From the NCBI RefSeq assembly GCF_009914755.1, contig NC_060932.1: a stretch of DNA of 64,000 nucleotides; one strand, written 5' to 3'. Each line of letters begins with the position of its first letter. Positions within the stretch are counted from its first letter, which is position 1. The notes under the pieces were generated by a model. The model did not search any database and was not told the origin of the DNA. It saw nothing but the letters and a program-made list of their open reading frames with translations. Positions 1 to 18,218 of this stretch are shown here, piece after piece. The position numbers and the translations under genes were made by a program. Origin of the DNA: the human T2T-CHM13v2.0 reference genome, Homo sapiens.

Positions 1-807
1 CAAGCTAAGATCCACTGGCTTGCCATTCTCGCTGCCAGCACAGCAGCCTGAGCTTGATCTAGGACTATCGAGCTTGGTAGTGGGAGGAGCGTCCACCACA
101 ACTGAGGCTTGAATAGACTGTTTTCCCCTCACAGTGTAAACAAAGCTGCATGGAAGTTTGAACTGGGTGGAGCCCACCACAGCTTGGCAAAGCTGCTGAA
201 GCCAAACTGCCTCTCTAGATTCCTCCTCTCTGGGCAGGGCATCTCCGAAAGAAAGGCAGCAGCCCTAGTCAGGGGCTTATAGATAAAACTCCCATTTCCC
301 TGGGACAGAACACCTGGGGGAAAGGGCGGCTGTGGTCGCAGCTTCAGCAGACTTAAATATTCCCGCCTGCTGGCTCTGAAGAGAGCAGTGAATCTCCCAG
401 CACAGGGCTTGAGCTCTGCTAAAGGACAGACTGCCCCCTCAAGTGGGTCCCTGACCCCCATTCCTCCTAACGGGGAGACATTTCCAAGCAGGGATCGACA
501 GACACTTCACACAGGAGAGCTCTGGCTGTCATCTGGTGAGTGGCTATCTGGGACAAAGCTTTCAGAGGAAGGAACAGGCATCAATCTTTGCTGTTCTGCA
601 GCCTCCACTGGTGATACCCAGGCAAACAGGGTCTGGAGTGGACCTCCAGCAAACTCCAGCAGACCTGCAGCACAGGGGCCTGACTGTTAGAAGGAAAACT
701 AACAAAAAGAAACAAATAGCATCAACATTAACAAAAAGGACATCCACACAAAAACCCCATCTGAAGGTCACCAACATCAAAGACCAAAAGTAGATAAATC
801 CATGAAG

Positions 808-1831
808 ATGAGGAAAAACTAGCGCAAAAAGACTGAATATTCCAAAAACCAGAATGGCTCTTCTCCTCCAAAGGATCACAACTCTTTGCCAGCAGGGGAA
901 CAAAACTAGACGGAGAACGAGTTTGATGAATTGACAGAAGTAGCCTTCAGAATGTGGGTAATAACAAACTCTTCTGAGCTAAAGGAGTAGGTTCTAACCC
1001 AATGCAAGGAAGCTAAGAAACTTGAAAAAAGGTTAGAGGAATTGCTAACTAGAATAACCAGTTTAGAGAAGAACATAAATGACCTGGTGGAGCTGAAAAA
1101 CACAGCATGAGAACTAGGTGAAGCATACACAAGTATCAATAGCTGAATCGATCAAGCAGAAGAAAGGATATCCAAGATTGAAGATCAACTTAATGAAATA
1201 AAGTGTGAAGACAAGATTAGAGAAAAAACAATGAAAAGGAACAAACAGAGCCTCCAAGAAATATGGGGCTATGTGAAAAGACCAAACCTACATTTGACTG
1301 GTGTACGTGAAAGTGATGGGGAGAATGGAACCAAGCTGGAAAACACTCTTCAGGATATTATCCAGGAGAACTTCCCCAACCTAGCAAGGCAGACCAACAT
1401 TCAAATTCAGGAAATACAGAGAACACCACAAAGATACTCCTCGAGAAGAACACCTCCAAGACACATAATCATCAGATTCACCAAGGTTGAAATGAAGGAA
1501 AAATGTTAAGGGCAGCCAGAGAGAAAGGCCAGGTTACCCAAAAGGGAAGCCCATCAGACTAACAGCAGGTCTCTCTGCAGAAACCCTCTCATCCAGAAGA
1601 GGGTGGGGGCCAATATTTGACACTCTTAAAGGAACAAATTTTCAACCCAGAATTTCGTATCCAGCCAAACTAAGCTTCATAAGTGAAGGAGAAATAAAAT
1701 CCTTTACACACAAGCAAATGCTGAGAGATTTTGTCACCACTAGGCCTGCCTTACAAGAGCTCCTGAAGGAAGCACTAAATATGGAAAGGAAAACCCAGTA
1801 CCAGCCACTGCAAAAACATACCAAAATATAA
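808..1831 (+). pseudogene. Disrupted L1 ORF1 (RNA-binding/chaperone ORF1p)
   Basis: ATG at 808. Fragment 1231-1509 reads SLQEIWGYVKRPNL...ENFPNLARQ...PRHIIIRFTKVEMKEK. There are several in-frame stops and frameshifts. Confidence 0.93.
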
Positions 1832-1891
1832 AGACCAATGAAACTATGAATAAACTGCATCAACTAATCTGCACAATAACCAGCTGGCATC

Positions 1892-5692
<3,801 letters not shown>

Positions 5693-6069
5693 ACAATGAG
5701 AACACATGGACGCTGGGAGGGGAACTCACACACTGGGTTCTGTCAGGTGGTGGGGGGCTGCGGGAGGGATAGGGTTAGGAGAAATACTTAATGTAGATGA
5801 TGGGTTGTTGGGTGCAGCAAACCACCATGGCACATGTCTACCTATGCAACACACTTGCATGTTCTGCACATGTATCCTAGAACTTAAAGTATATGAAAAA
5901 AAAAAAAAGCAGGCTGAATGCATAGCTAATCTCAAAAAGTGCTCTGTTATGGACAGAGCCACATTGGGCTGTTAGGAGACACCAAATATTTTGCTCTTTG
6001 TTATCATCGATGACTACATGAAATCTTACCTGTTGCTATATTTGTATGTACCATTACATTCAAACACAA

Positions 6070-6325
6070 ATAATGACAGCCAACATCCTACTGAATGTTT
6101 AGTAGACACTTGGCACTTTCTAATGCTTTACAAGTATTAATTGATTTAATTCTATGCTCTATATCAAACCTGTGAATTAGATACTGTTATTATCTTCATT
6201 TCACAGATGAGAAATTGAGTTAGAGTGGTAAAATAATAAGACTGAAGCCTAGCAATCACAAAGTGGAGAGCCGGGATTTGAACAAAAGCAGCCAGCTCCG
6301 GAGCTCACGTACTTCATCATTTCTA
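6070..6325 (-). mobile_element. MIR SINE
   Basis: Core CATTTCACAGATGAGAAATTGAG and GAGCCGGGATTTGAAC match the reverse complement of MIR. Confidence 0.8.
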
Positions 6326-7347
6326 CGTCCTGGTTGATAGCAATCCCTTTTACTCACTATTTTGCCTGAAATGATTTGCTCATACTGTTATGGCACTGAG
6401 CTCAAGACAGCAAGATGGTGGGTGCACCCACCCCACTCCACGTGTGTTAGTGTCATTCTTTCCCACTGCTTACATTGCACTGTTAAGGCTGGCTCTCTGC
6501 TTACCATTAGGAGCCAAAGTGAGAGGGTAGGACGGTTCAGTATGACTCCAATCCCATTAATGGAAAAACAACACCAATTGTGTGCTCAATGAGAGTCAGT
6601 AGGATTAACTTTATCTTTGTACAGATTTACTAATTCCCAAATTGAACATTCAAATGAGGACTCTTCAGCTCATTTCCTTCCATTTAATGGGAAGAGGCAG
6701 GAATCATAAAGGGTGCGATGTGAGACAAGACAGCCACGTGACACAAATGGCAATTTCTATTTGAGAGAAGTTCTGCCCCATTGGCTTAGATGGAGAAAAT
6801 AATGGTATGAAGGGGCAAATAAAATTTCTGGTATTAGAGTTTTAAGGGATTATAATTTATTATAAACTCCTCTGTTTTTCCTGCCTAAGTTCAAAACTGA
6901 AGGATGGAAGCAAGAGAAAGGTTAATGCTAAGAGCCACCCTTGCTTTAGACAGGCATTTTCACCAGACGTGGAACAGGAGGGCGATAGCTGGCTTCCTTG
7001 CATGGACACACCCCTCATCTCCTAGGAAAGTGCCCGGAACATACCTCTCTGCAGCCAGGCTGGCTGTCAGAGAAACCAACCAGGGGCTGAGAGGAGCATG
7101 CCCAGATCATTTTTCCGAGCTCGTCCGTCAGACAATTCACTTCTTCAGGGGATGGGAAGGGGACTGAGGAGTGGGACAAGTGACCAGCTGTGTTAGTCTA
7201 GTTGATATTCTTCTCTCTAGAAACATAAGGAGATGAGGAGTGGGAACACATGGCAACCTTCACTAACTCCAGGTTGTTTTGTATTGTATATGGTAACTGC
7301 AGTCGAACAGTAGGAATCTGATTACCATCATAATAAGACTATAACAC

Positions 7348-7746
7348 TGCTAAATTAAGTTTAGCCTAAAGCCACTTCCTTACATATTTTAAGTTTGAAG
7401 AGGTTTCTCCATACATAGTGAACTGTAACCCAATGTGCAAACAGAAGTGCAAGCAACCTACTCTTGTAACAAGAGCTAATCACAGCAGACAAGTTTAGAC
7501 CAATCACAGGCAGTAGACTGTTCAAGCCGTGTTCAAATAAGGTAAACTCCAAGCTGTAGCCAGTCTGGCTGTTTCTGCACCTTACTTCTGTTTTCTGTAT
7601 GTCATTTTCCTTTTTCTGACCATAAATGTGATCCAACCACGAGATAGCCCCCAGGTCGCTCTGGCCCTATTCTGGTTCTGGGTGTTGCTCTATTTACAAA
7701 TTGTTTTTTGCTCAATTAAACTTTGTCTAAAGTTTTCCTTTTACCA
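7348..7746 (+). mobile_element. ERV1 solo LTR, MER57-like
   Basis: Starts TGCTAAATTAAGTTTAGCCTAAAG and ends TTTTACCA, with a 4-bp TSD ACAC (7344-7347 / 7747-7750). Confidence 0.85.
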
Positions 7747-8055
7747 ACACAGAAATACACAAGACAGAAACACACATTGGGAGGCTAACAGGGCAGAGAG
7801 GCTTTTTGATGTCCAGTGTGGGCTGGTAAGTAGGGGAGGAGTAGAGGCCCTAAGGAGATCCTGCAGGGACCCTCTGAGCATTCCATGGAAAGTTATGGCA
7901 ATAGACAGGAAGAAGGTGCAATGGTCCAAAACTATTGCTTTGCTAGAAGAAAATATTATATTTGTTCTTCCTTTCCAATTATTGGAAACTGTAGAGGTAC
8001 AAGTAGAAGATTTTAAAATAAGACAACCAATTATACAGTGGAAGACGAGACATTA

Positions 8056-8336
<281 letters not shown>

Positions 8337-9559
8337 AAGAAGATGCCCCAAGAAGATGCATTAATTCTTCTGCCTTGTGCATGAGGTAGAGGACAGACAT
8401 GAATGGGAAACCTGGGGAATTTGGGACTTCCTGTGAAAATTTGAGAATTCCTGTGGCTTTTCTAATTGTTATTACTAAACTTTTATAATGTTTATTTTCC
8501 AAAACCCTTGGTAAGGTTATTGGTGGATATTTTAGCTATTCTTAAGGTGATTCAGAGGAGGTAGTGGTGAGAATCAACATATCCCATGATACCAGTTATC
8601 TGGAGAATGCAGGTAAACTGAAATTGACACAGTTCTTTATGAAATAAACAGAGATTTATGTATTCATTTGGTCTTTGACACAGAGAAGAACTTAGAATGC
8701 TTCTGGTGAGTGCCACATTAACGGTCCTGTCACAGCCTTAATCTCTCTGTGCTTTGGATTCCTGTTTAAGAAATGTCCTGGTATTTTTTTATATAAAAAT
8801 GTAAGAGTGAGTCTCTACAAGCACCTGATGTTGCTTAGAAGAAGGAAAATACTTTTACTTGAGGCTTCTATAAGTAACACGAGAAGACTTTGTAAATTCT
8901 AAATACAAATGTAAAAGCATTTGGCTTTAAACATTTCATTGGCATGACTTTTCTTTTTATGTGTCATAGCTTGCTTATTACCGTAGATGTGACATCTTAC
9001 CTAGGCCCTGCTTTTAGGCTCCACGTAAGGATAGTCACAATTGTCCTCCTCCTCCACATTTTTCTCTTGAATAATGTCTTCACTCTCCCAAAATATACAT
9101 GACAACACGTGGCTAGCAACTCCTCAGTGAGCTACAGGAGCCCCATTCTAGCCTTATTCCTTTACATGGCCAAAGCTTTCTTGGAGGATGATTACCTATA
9201 GTTTAATATATTGCCTTTTACTTGAGTTTATGGGCACAGAAACGCATGATACACCAGCCTTCCCTTCTCCTCGCTGTTTTCCTTTTAGGGGAGTTAGCAG
9301 AATATTGCATGTTGCCAGAAGAGACCTCCCATGGTGCAGTCTCCTTGTTCACAGCACGGAAGCTGCCAGAATAGGAAACAGAGTGGGAAGACGGAGCAGT
9401 GGAGCGAGGGTGGCCCAGGACACGCGAGGGGCCCGCCATAGCCATCCAGCCTGGTCCTGAGACCTGAGTAAGTGGTGCTCCAGAAAAGAAACTGGGCATT
9501 TTAGTTACCTGTTAGCCCTTTCATTTGTGCAGGTGATGTGTTCTTAGTCCCATTTTGAT

Positions 9560-9780
9560 TAATAATTAACATTAGCTCAGTTTACAAAACACTTTTCCTT
9601 GTGTTATTTTATTGGGCCTTCTCAACAACCTGGAATATATTTATCATCTTTTTACTGGATAGGGGAAGAGAACTGAGGTTCAAAGAAATTAATCCAAAGC
9701 CATGAAAGCCCGTAGGTGGGAAAAACAGAACTTGAATTTAGGTTTTCTGGTTCCAAATTCTATGTTTTTTCTATGAAAAA
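9560..9780 (-). mobile_element. MIR relic
   Basis: GAACTGAGGTTCAAAGAAATTAA...GAACTTGAATTTAGG, degenerate MIR. Confidence 0.55.
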
Positions 9781-9859
9781 CACCCTCTCCCTTACCCTGA
9801 TGATTTCAAGTAAACTAAAATTTTAAGCCAAGTTCAATTTCTAAGAAGAGATAAAAAAT

Positions 9860-10080
9860 ATTTTTTGAGCACACACTATGTGCCAGGCATTGCATTGTGT
9901 GGTTTTCCTACTTTATATCCTTGAGTCCCCACACAAACTCTATGAGTTATGCACCGTCATCCCCATTTTACAGATGAGGAGGTAAGTACCTTGACCGAAG
10001 TCACATGGCTTGTAAGTGGCAGAATTGGGATTTGGATGCCAGTCTTGTACTCTGATGCTCTGCTCTTAATTACGGCATTA
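9860..10080 (-). mobile_element. MIR SINE
   Basis: CTATGTGCCAGGCA...CCCCATTTTACAGATGAGGA...GTCACATGGCTTGTAAGTGGCAG. Confidence 0.85.
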
Positions 10081-11339
10081 TGTTGCCTCCCTAAGAGCTG
10101 GTTTAATCTCGATGACATTGAGAGTCGTCTTTGAAGCCAGTAAGTGAGAAATTGGAGGGAGAAGTCCCATAGGTGCCTGGAAAACACAGTAATGGATCCT
10201 TAAAGAACTCATGATAGGCAGGGCTCTCTTGCTCACAGGCAACCTGATATGCTGATGCAGGAAAGTATGTGGTGTGTTGTCCTGGGGTGAAGCCCAGGGG
10301 CTTGGAAAGACTTCCAGCTTTTACCGTTTGTCCTTTTAAAGGCAATTAGAAGACAGAAAGGCTGCTTAGGAAACTATAAGCTCATGAGCTGATTTTAAAA
10401 CATCCAAGGACAAGCTACCATGTCTGAAAGTAATTCAACACCTTTGGTTAGCGAATTCTTCTTGTAGTGGTAATGCTAGGGACAATGACACTTAGTGGTT
10501 TTTTTGTTTATTTTAGCATGTAAAAATTTAAGGTGCCATCTTGGATTATACCTTGAGTATGTGTGATTTTGAAAAAGTGAAGTTGCATCTTTTGCTCCAG
10601 ATCTAGTCTCATTATTATAGCAACAAAGAACTCCAGCAGTAAGATATTTTCTTGCAGTCTCTTAGTAATGACACTTGCTTTGGGAAAGTTCTAGGGAGCC
10701 ATAATTACAATGCACCTGCGGAAGAAAACATGATTTACTGTTTTGTTCACTAACTTGAAAATCTTGAGAAAGTGCGAATTTCCCATGAGTTGGCTCAGTC
10801 TGGCCTCTGCTTTTGTGGATTCCTGACATTGGTATGTTGTAACACACCTGTTTGATCAAAATTGGTGTTGCAGTTATGTTTTGGAGGGTAAAAGAAGGTA
10901 GGAGAAGCATTTTGCTTTAGCAAATTGTGAAATACAAATTCCTGTATGGAAGGTGAGTACATGATTATTGTGCAAGTCGGGATGCTTTTGGAAGTGAAAG
11001 AGGGCACTTTGCCTCATTATACCAGACAATACCCTAGATCACAACTGTCCCAGAGAAATGGGACATATGCTCACCCTGCTTTCCTGAGTCTTAGTTTGCA
11101 AGGAAGGGGTTTCTCTAAACCCAATGCCAGGTGTTGTCAATTATGTACACCCATCACCCTCCTTTCTTCTAGGATGAGCCATAGAGGTATCTAGGGATTA
11201 TCTTGATATAGAAATGTCATGCACTGTTTTACTACTCTGATATCCTCTCCAGGCCATCCTGTCTTGGGCAGTTTACTTCCTTGCCTAAGAAATACCAATC
11301 ACTTTGCCCCTCTTGCCTAAGAAGCAAGATGTGATGGAT

Positions 11340-11740
11340 AGCAGGCTGCACTGGCTCCGCTAAGTCAGAAATCATGGGTTTGAACCTTGGTGCTGCTTCT
11401 TTCCCTCCGTGCAAACTTAGAGAATTTACTTTCTTTTCTTTGAAACGCAGTTCTCCATTCTGTGGAATGGGGTTGATGATTAATACCTATCCAGTCTATC
11501 TTTGTGGTTCATTGTAAGGGTCAGGGAGCAGAAGCGTGTGATAAACAGTAGAGCACTATCCAAATGTTGGCTCTTAATGAAGCACTGCTTTCACTGTTAA
11601 CTAGCAGAGGAACACTGGGCAAGTTATGTCACCTTTCTAAGCCTTCCTTTTCCTTATCCATGGGAAGAGGAGCATATATCTGCTTCTCCAAGGGGCTGAT
11701 TAAATATATAGAGCACCTGCTCTACACAAATGTGAATTAG
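11340..11740 (+). mobile_element. Two adjacent MIR relics
   Basis: GGGTTTGAACC...CAGTTCTCCATTCTGTGGAATGGGG, then CTGGGCAAGTTATGTCACCTTTCTAAGCCT. Confidence 0.6.
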
Positions 11741-12256
11741 CTTCTTTTTAAATTGGGCTTTTCCTGGAATTTTGTAACTGTTTCGTTATTTGGAATTTTG
11801 TTTGCTTTTCTCAACATGGTTGTCAGGGATTGATCTCTTGCTGTCTTAAATGTCCTCACTTCAGACAAAAGAACACCGGTAAGCGCCACTTGAGTGGCAC
11901 CCAGGCAGGAGTGAAGATGCTGACTGGTGCCGAAGCTGGGAGGATTCAGGGGACAGGCTCAGGAGTGACAGACTGCAAGCCTGCCAAGAAACAGCACAGG
12001 GAGCTCCTTCCCTCACGCTGCTAAAAATACTGCTGGGAAAGTAATTTCTCTGGTCCTATTTTAGAAATCAGAGACAGATCCACCATATTCATGTTTGGAT
12101 CCTGGTCAGCCTTCTGGTTTGAGTTTTAAATTTCAAGATATTTTTTTTTTTGGTGGGGGGTAGGGCAGTTAAAACAGTCTGCAGAGTTTGAGAAGCAAAA
12201 TTTGAAAACACTGTTAAGGAAGATATGTTTTGGGCATTATGTAATTACTAGCAATT

Positions 12257-12554
12257 ATTATTATTATTTTGAGACAGAGTCTTGCTCTGTTGTCCAGGCT
12301 GGAGTGCAATGATGCCATCACACAACTCACTGTAGCCTCAACCTCCCAGGCTCAAGTGATCCTCCCACCTTGGCCTCCCCAGTAGTTGGGACTACAGGTA
12401 CATACCACCTTGCCCAGTTAACTTTTTTATTTTTTGTAGTGATGGTGTCTCACTATGTTGCCTAGGCTGGTCTCAAGCTCCTGGGTTCAAGTGATCTTCC
12501 TTCCTCAGTTTCCCAAAGTGCCAGGATTACAGGTGTGAACCACCAGGCCTGGCC
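12257..12554 (-). mobile_element. AluJ
   Basis: Full Alu in reverse orientation with short TSD GCAATT. Confidence 0.92.
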
Positions 12555-12642
12555 GCAATTTTTGAAAAGGCTTTATTAAAGACAATCAAAATGTCATGTG
12601 ACAAAATCCTTCCAGCTGTTTATTTGCCCATGTCATTGATTT

Positions 12643-12646
<4 letters not shown>

Positions 12647-12680
<34 letters not shown>
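12647..12680. repeat. (CA)17 microsatellite
   Basis: Read directly from the sequence. Confidence 0.97.
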
Positions 12681-12682
<2 letters not shown>

Positions 12683-12934
12683 AATATTTACTTAAGGTAG
12701 ATTTATATAAAGATATTTTCCTCTTTCTTTCCCATTCCTTAACTTTCTTTCCCTCTTTTTTTCCATCTTTCTCTTCTGAAAACTTCCTTCTGTCCATTTT
12801 TTTTCACTCCCTCTTTCTTTTCTTTCTCAGTGACAGTTTCATGCTGAGACAGAGGCCCTCCCGGTGTGTGGAAGTTTGTCTGTCTCTGCTGGAGCCTGTC
12901 TGCTCTGGCCTTTCACTGTGTACTTTGTTCACCC

Positions 12935-13075
12935 TCTTTCACAAACATTTACTGAGCAGCTATTAGTACAAAACACTGTATCTGGCCCTTGGAGAGGAGT
13001 GGGGAAAATACAAAGATGAATAGCACATGGTGTTTACTCTTAAAGAATCCTACAAAGTAGTGGAAGAGACATAAG
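12935..13075 (-). mobile_element. L2 3'-end relic
   Basis: CAAACATTTACTGAGCAGCTA...AAATACAAAGATGAATAG. Confidence 0.6.
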
Positions 13076-13465
13076 TTCAAGATCAAAACAACAAGGGAAT
13101 GAATGTGTGGGCTGGGGGTGGGAGGAGGAGTGGTATTTGTGTGTGGAAGCAGGCCAGTTGCCTAAAAGTCAATTTCCCAAAATCATTTCACCAAATGACC
13201 AATATACTGAAAGACCAATTGACTGAAAATCAATTTGCAATTGGCCCAGAGCTGCCAGGTGTTGCTATAGAAAGAATTCACCTGAGTTTCAACAGGGACA
13301 ACCTCAGTATTAAAAGAGGGACCACTTTTAAGTTCCGGCCCAGGGATATATCTATGGTTGAGAATCCTCTTCGATTTGGCCACGGAGGAGCATTTTGTAT
13401 ACACAGTCACTGTAAGCAGAAGCATAGTTTGCTTAAATAATAAAGATTATTATATTTTTTATTAA

Positions 13466-13825
<360 letters not shown>

Positions 13826-14107
13826 TCTACTGACAGGGCCATTGTACTGGAGGAGGGGTCCACAGGTGCCTTTCATTGGCCAAGCCCAGCTGTAAACTAA
13901 GGAAAATGATTTCCTGTCACAAGAAAGTAGATCTTGAGGACATTCACTATATCAGGTTATGATTAAATAACATGGCACCAAATTACCATTGTGTTTCCTC
14001 AAGGAAGAATATGGTTGTCATTTCAGACTTAAAAAATCAGCATCCTTCCAAATTTATCAATTAAGGACTGAAATGTGTAACAGGGTTCCCAAGAAAATTC
14101 TTTTTAG

Positions 14108-14536
<429 letters not shown>

Positions 14537-15386
14537 AATGTAAGGTATTTTTAAAGGTATTCTTAAAGGGCGTAACAGAATCTTCTGTTTGGCTTAACAA
14601 GGCAACTCTGCTCTTGGAGTATGGGGGATTAGGTACCCTGGACTTGTCACAAAGTCCAAAGGGTTTTGGGAGAAGGCTGGGGCATAACACGTGGCCAAGG
14701 TTAGAAGCCTACTGGCTTGATTCCGGCTCTGGAGAAAGGTACTTTAGCTGTGAGTCTGAAGCAAGAGAGCTGGCCTCCAGGGTTATATAGGGATCTGGCA
14801 AAGAGTAAAACACCGTGGTTGCTAGACTGTGCAGGACCAGTGTTCAACAGTGACACCATGTGGTGGGGATGAAGCTTGCTGCTAGTGGCAACTACGTTTC
14901 TCACTTTTCATCTGGACTCATTTCCTTTGGATTAAGTAAATTTGTGGGGTTCTTGGATACTCGAAGAAAGTGTCCTCAAGAGGGCGATCATAGAGTACTT
15001 GATGATGAAGACAGATGCAGCTTTGAGGAATTAATCAGAGTAATAAATGAGATGTTATTTGACACGTGCATTAAATTGGTGAAGTAGATCATATTTGCTG
15101 CAAAACATGAACAGAGGTTTGTTCATTGCTGACTAGATGTTCCAAGTGCCTTTTTAAGGCAGAGGCAGAAGCAGTGGTTGCAGTGGGAGGAAGAAGGAAT
15201 AAAAATAATGTGTCTTAGAATTGCACTGCTTACACGTCCTCCGTATTCACAGCTTTCATCCCAACACCACCCCAGCTTCAACTTAGAGATACAGAGAAGA
15301 GATGAGGGCATAGGCAAATGCCCTCCTGGGGTAACTTGGGGCTATCAAAGTTTACCAAACCAATTTCGGACTTGTAAAGAAAAAGT

Positions 15387-15990
15387 TTCCAACCTTAAAT
15401 GATGAGATTCAGAAAATATGATTAAGTATGAAGTTTATTCAAATGCAAAACTTGAGGATAGCCACCCAGGACACACCAACTCTAGACAAATGAGGTCAGC
15501 ATTCCAAAGTGGAGGAGTTAAGGTTTTGCTTATGTCAGCAGAGACAAAGAAGTTCCAGCAAGATTACAACATTTTCCATTCAACAGTGTAAGCTGCTTGG
15601 ATGATGGGTGCACCAAAATCTCCAAAATCACCACTAAAGAACTCATTCATATAACCAAACACAACCTGTTCTCCAAAAACCTGCTGAAACAAAATAAAAA
15701 AACCCTCAAAACCCATTTTCCCTACAAGATCAGTGTGTATGCCATAGCGATTTGATTGGTTACCAATTGCTACATTCCAAGGAAGATTACTTTATTCCTC
15801 CCTGAGGTGGGGCAGTGATCTGAGGGAGTCTTATCTTTGGTGTTGCTTGGTCTTCCTAAGTATTTACAGAGAAAAAAAGTAGAATTTGTAACTGCATGCC
15901 ATGTGACTCAGGCTGCATAGCCACATTCCTCTCATGGCCAAGAACATTTTATGTTCCAACAGGTTTAAGTTTGAATAATTTTAATTCACA
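15387..15990 (-). mobile_element. ERV1 MER4-group solo LTR (LTR54/LTR56-like), interrupted by an L1 tail
   Basis: The reverse strand starts TGTGAATTAAAATTATTCAAACTTAAA..GTTGGAAC. 4-bp TSD AAGT (15383-15386 / 15991-15994). Confidence 0.72.
15580..15712 (+). mobile_element. 5'-truncated L1PB-like 3' end nested in the LTR
   Basis: GATGGGTGCACCAAAATCTC..AAATCACCACTAAAGAAC..AACCAAACAC plus an A tail, flanked by duplicated CATTTTCC. Confidence 0.85.
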
Positions 15991-16375
15991 AAGTGAAAAG
16001 GAATTCCATGACATTTTACTAGACTTCCTTCTAATCTCAGTCTGGAACATCAACTTTAAACCTGGAAGGGAGATTTGAAGAAGGGTGTTTAGAGCTGTGT
16101 TTAAGAGAAAAGTATCACAAATGTAACTTGTTTATTGATCAGTATGAACTTGATGGGTAACAGTTTTCCTTCTTTCCAGTTGCTATGTTGGATCTCTGCT
16201 TCTCCCTAATAGCAGAATCGTAAAAGCCTCTTGGGCAGATTTGATAACTTCCCAGTCATTTCTAGTTATTTAAACCCAGGACAGCCTAATCCAGTTTAAA
16301 GCTCCGACTTATAGTCAATTTGAAACTTTGCTCACCCCAGCCAGGTTTGAGTTTAGGGAAGAGGTCTTGGTATAC

Positions 16376-16923
16376 TGTTGGGGCTTATTTCCCCACAAAT
16401 TTTAAGCTGGAGGAATTTGAGCAAACTTAAGAAGCAACAAAGTCTCTCTGATCTTCTCCTACCTTTCTGTCCTGAAACAGCCCATAAAACCTAGGAAAGA
16501 TGTTCTGATCTTTCCCTGAAGCAGGTCATAAGACCCTCAGGTGAGAGGTGCCCTCCCTACACACAGAGGAAAGGAGCATCTTTATCTCTAAGGACCCAGG
16601 GACACACAGAGACAAATCTGAAAAAACAGGCCTTGCTAATTTATTTATTTAGCATTTATTTATTACCATTATTTATTGTATTGTATTACCATCATACACC
16701 CTTTTTGCCCTATCCTATTTCTTCACAAATATCCACTTTTCATCAAACCTACTATATAAAACATTCAGGTTTTTTCAGATCTCCATTACTTTATGGAGGC
16801 TCCCATGTCACATAAAACATAAATAAATGTGTATGCTTTTCTCTTGTTAGTCTGTCTTTTGTTATAGGGGCCTCCACCATGAGTCTAGGATGGGTGAGGA
16901 AAAAATATTTTTCCTCCCCTCCA
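16376..16923 (+). mobile_element. ERV1 solo LTR, MER34/MER39 group
   Basis: Starts TGTTGGGGCT. Contains CCCTGAAGCAGGTCATAAGACCCTCA and an AATAAA, and ends TTTTCCTCCCCTCCA. Confidence 0.72.
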
Positions 16924-17109
16924 CTATCTTTTAATTCTTCTCCTGAATGCTGTAGTTTGGGGTTGGGTGGTCAGGGAGGGGCACTGTTCTGGTTCTAGGA
17001 CCTCTTTCTTCCCTGCTGTCTTCTAGGCTCTAGCTATATCCATTGATTGGGGAGGAGGAAAAGAGTGATGACTCGATTTGCCTTTCACCAGTAGAAACTC
17101 TTCTTAGGA

Positions 17110-18218
<1,109 letters not shown>

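Noticed and set aside
129-461. 110-aa antisense ORF in the L1 5'UTR as ORF0
   Set aside because: It does not resemble the primate L1 ORF0 peptide as I recall it. It appears to be a chance antisense frame of an older 5'UTR.
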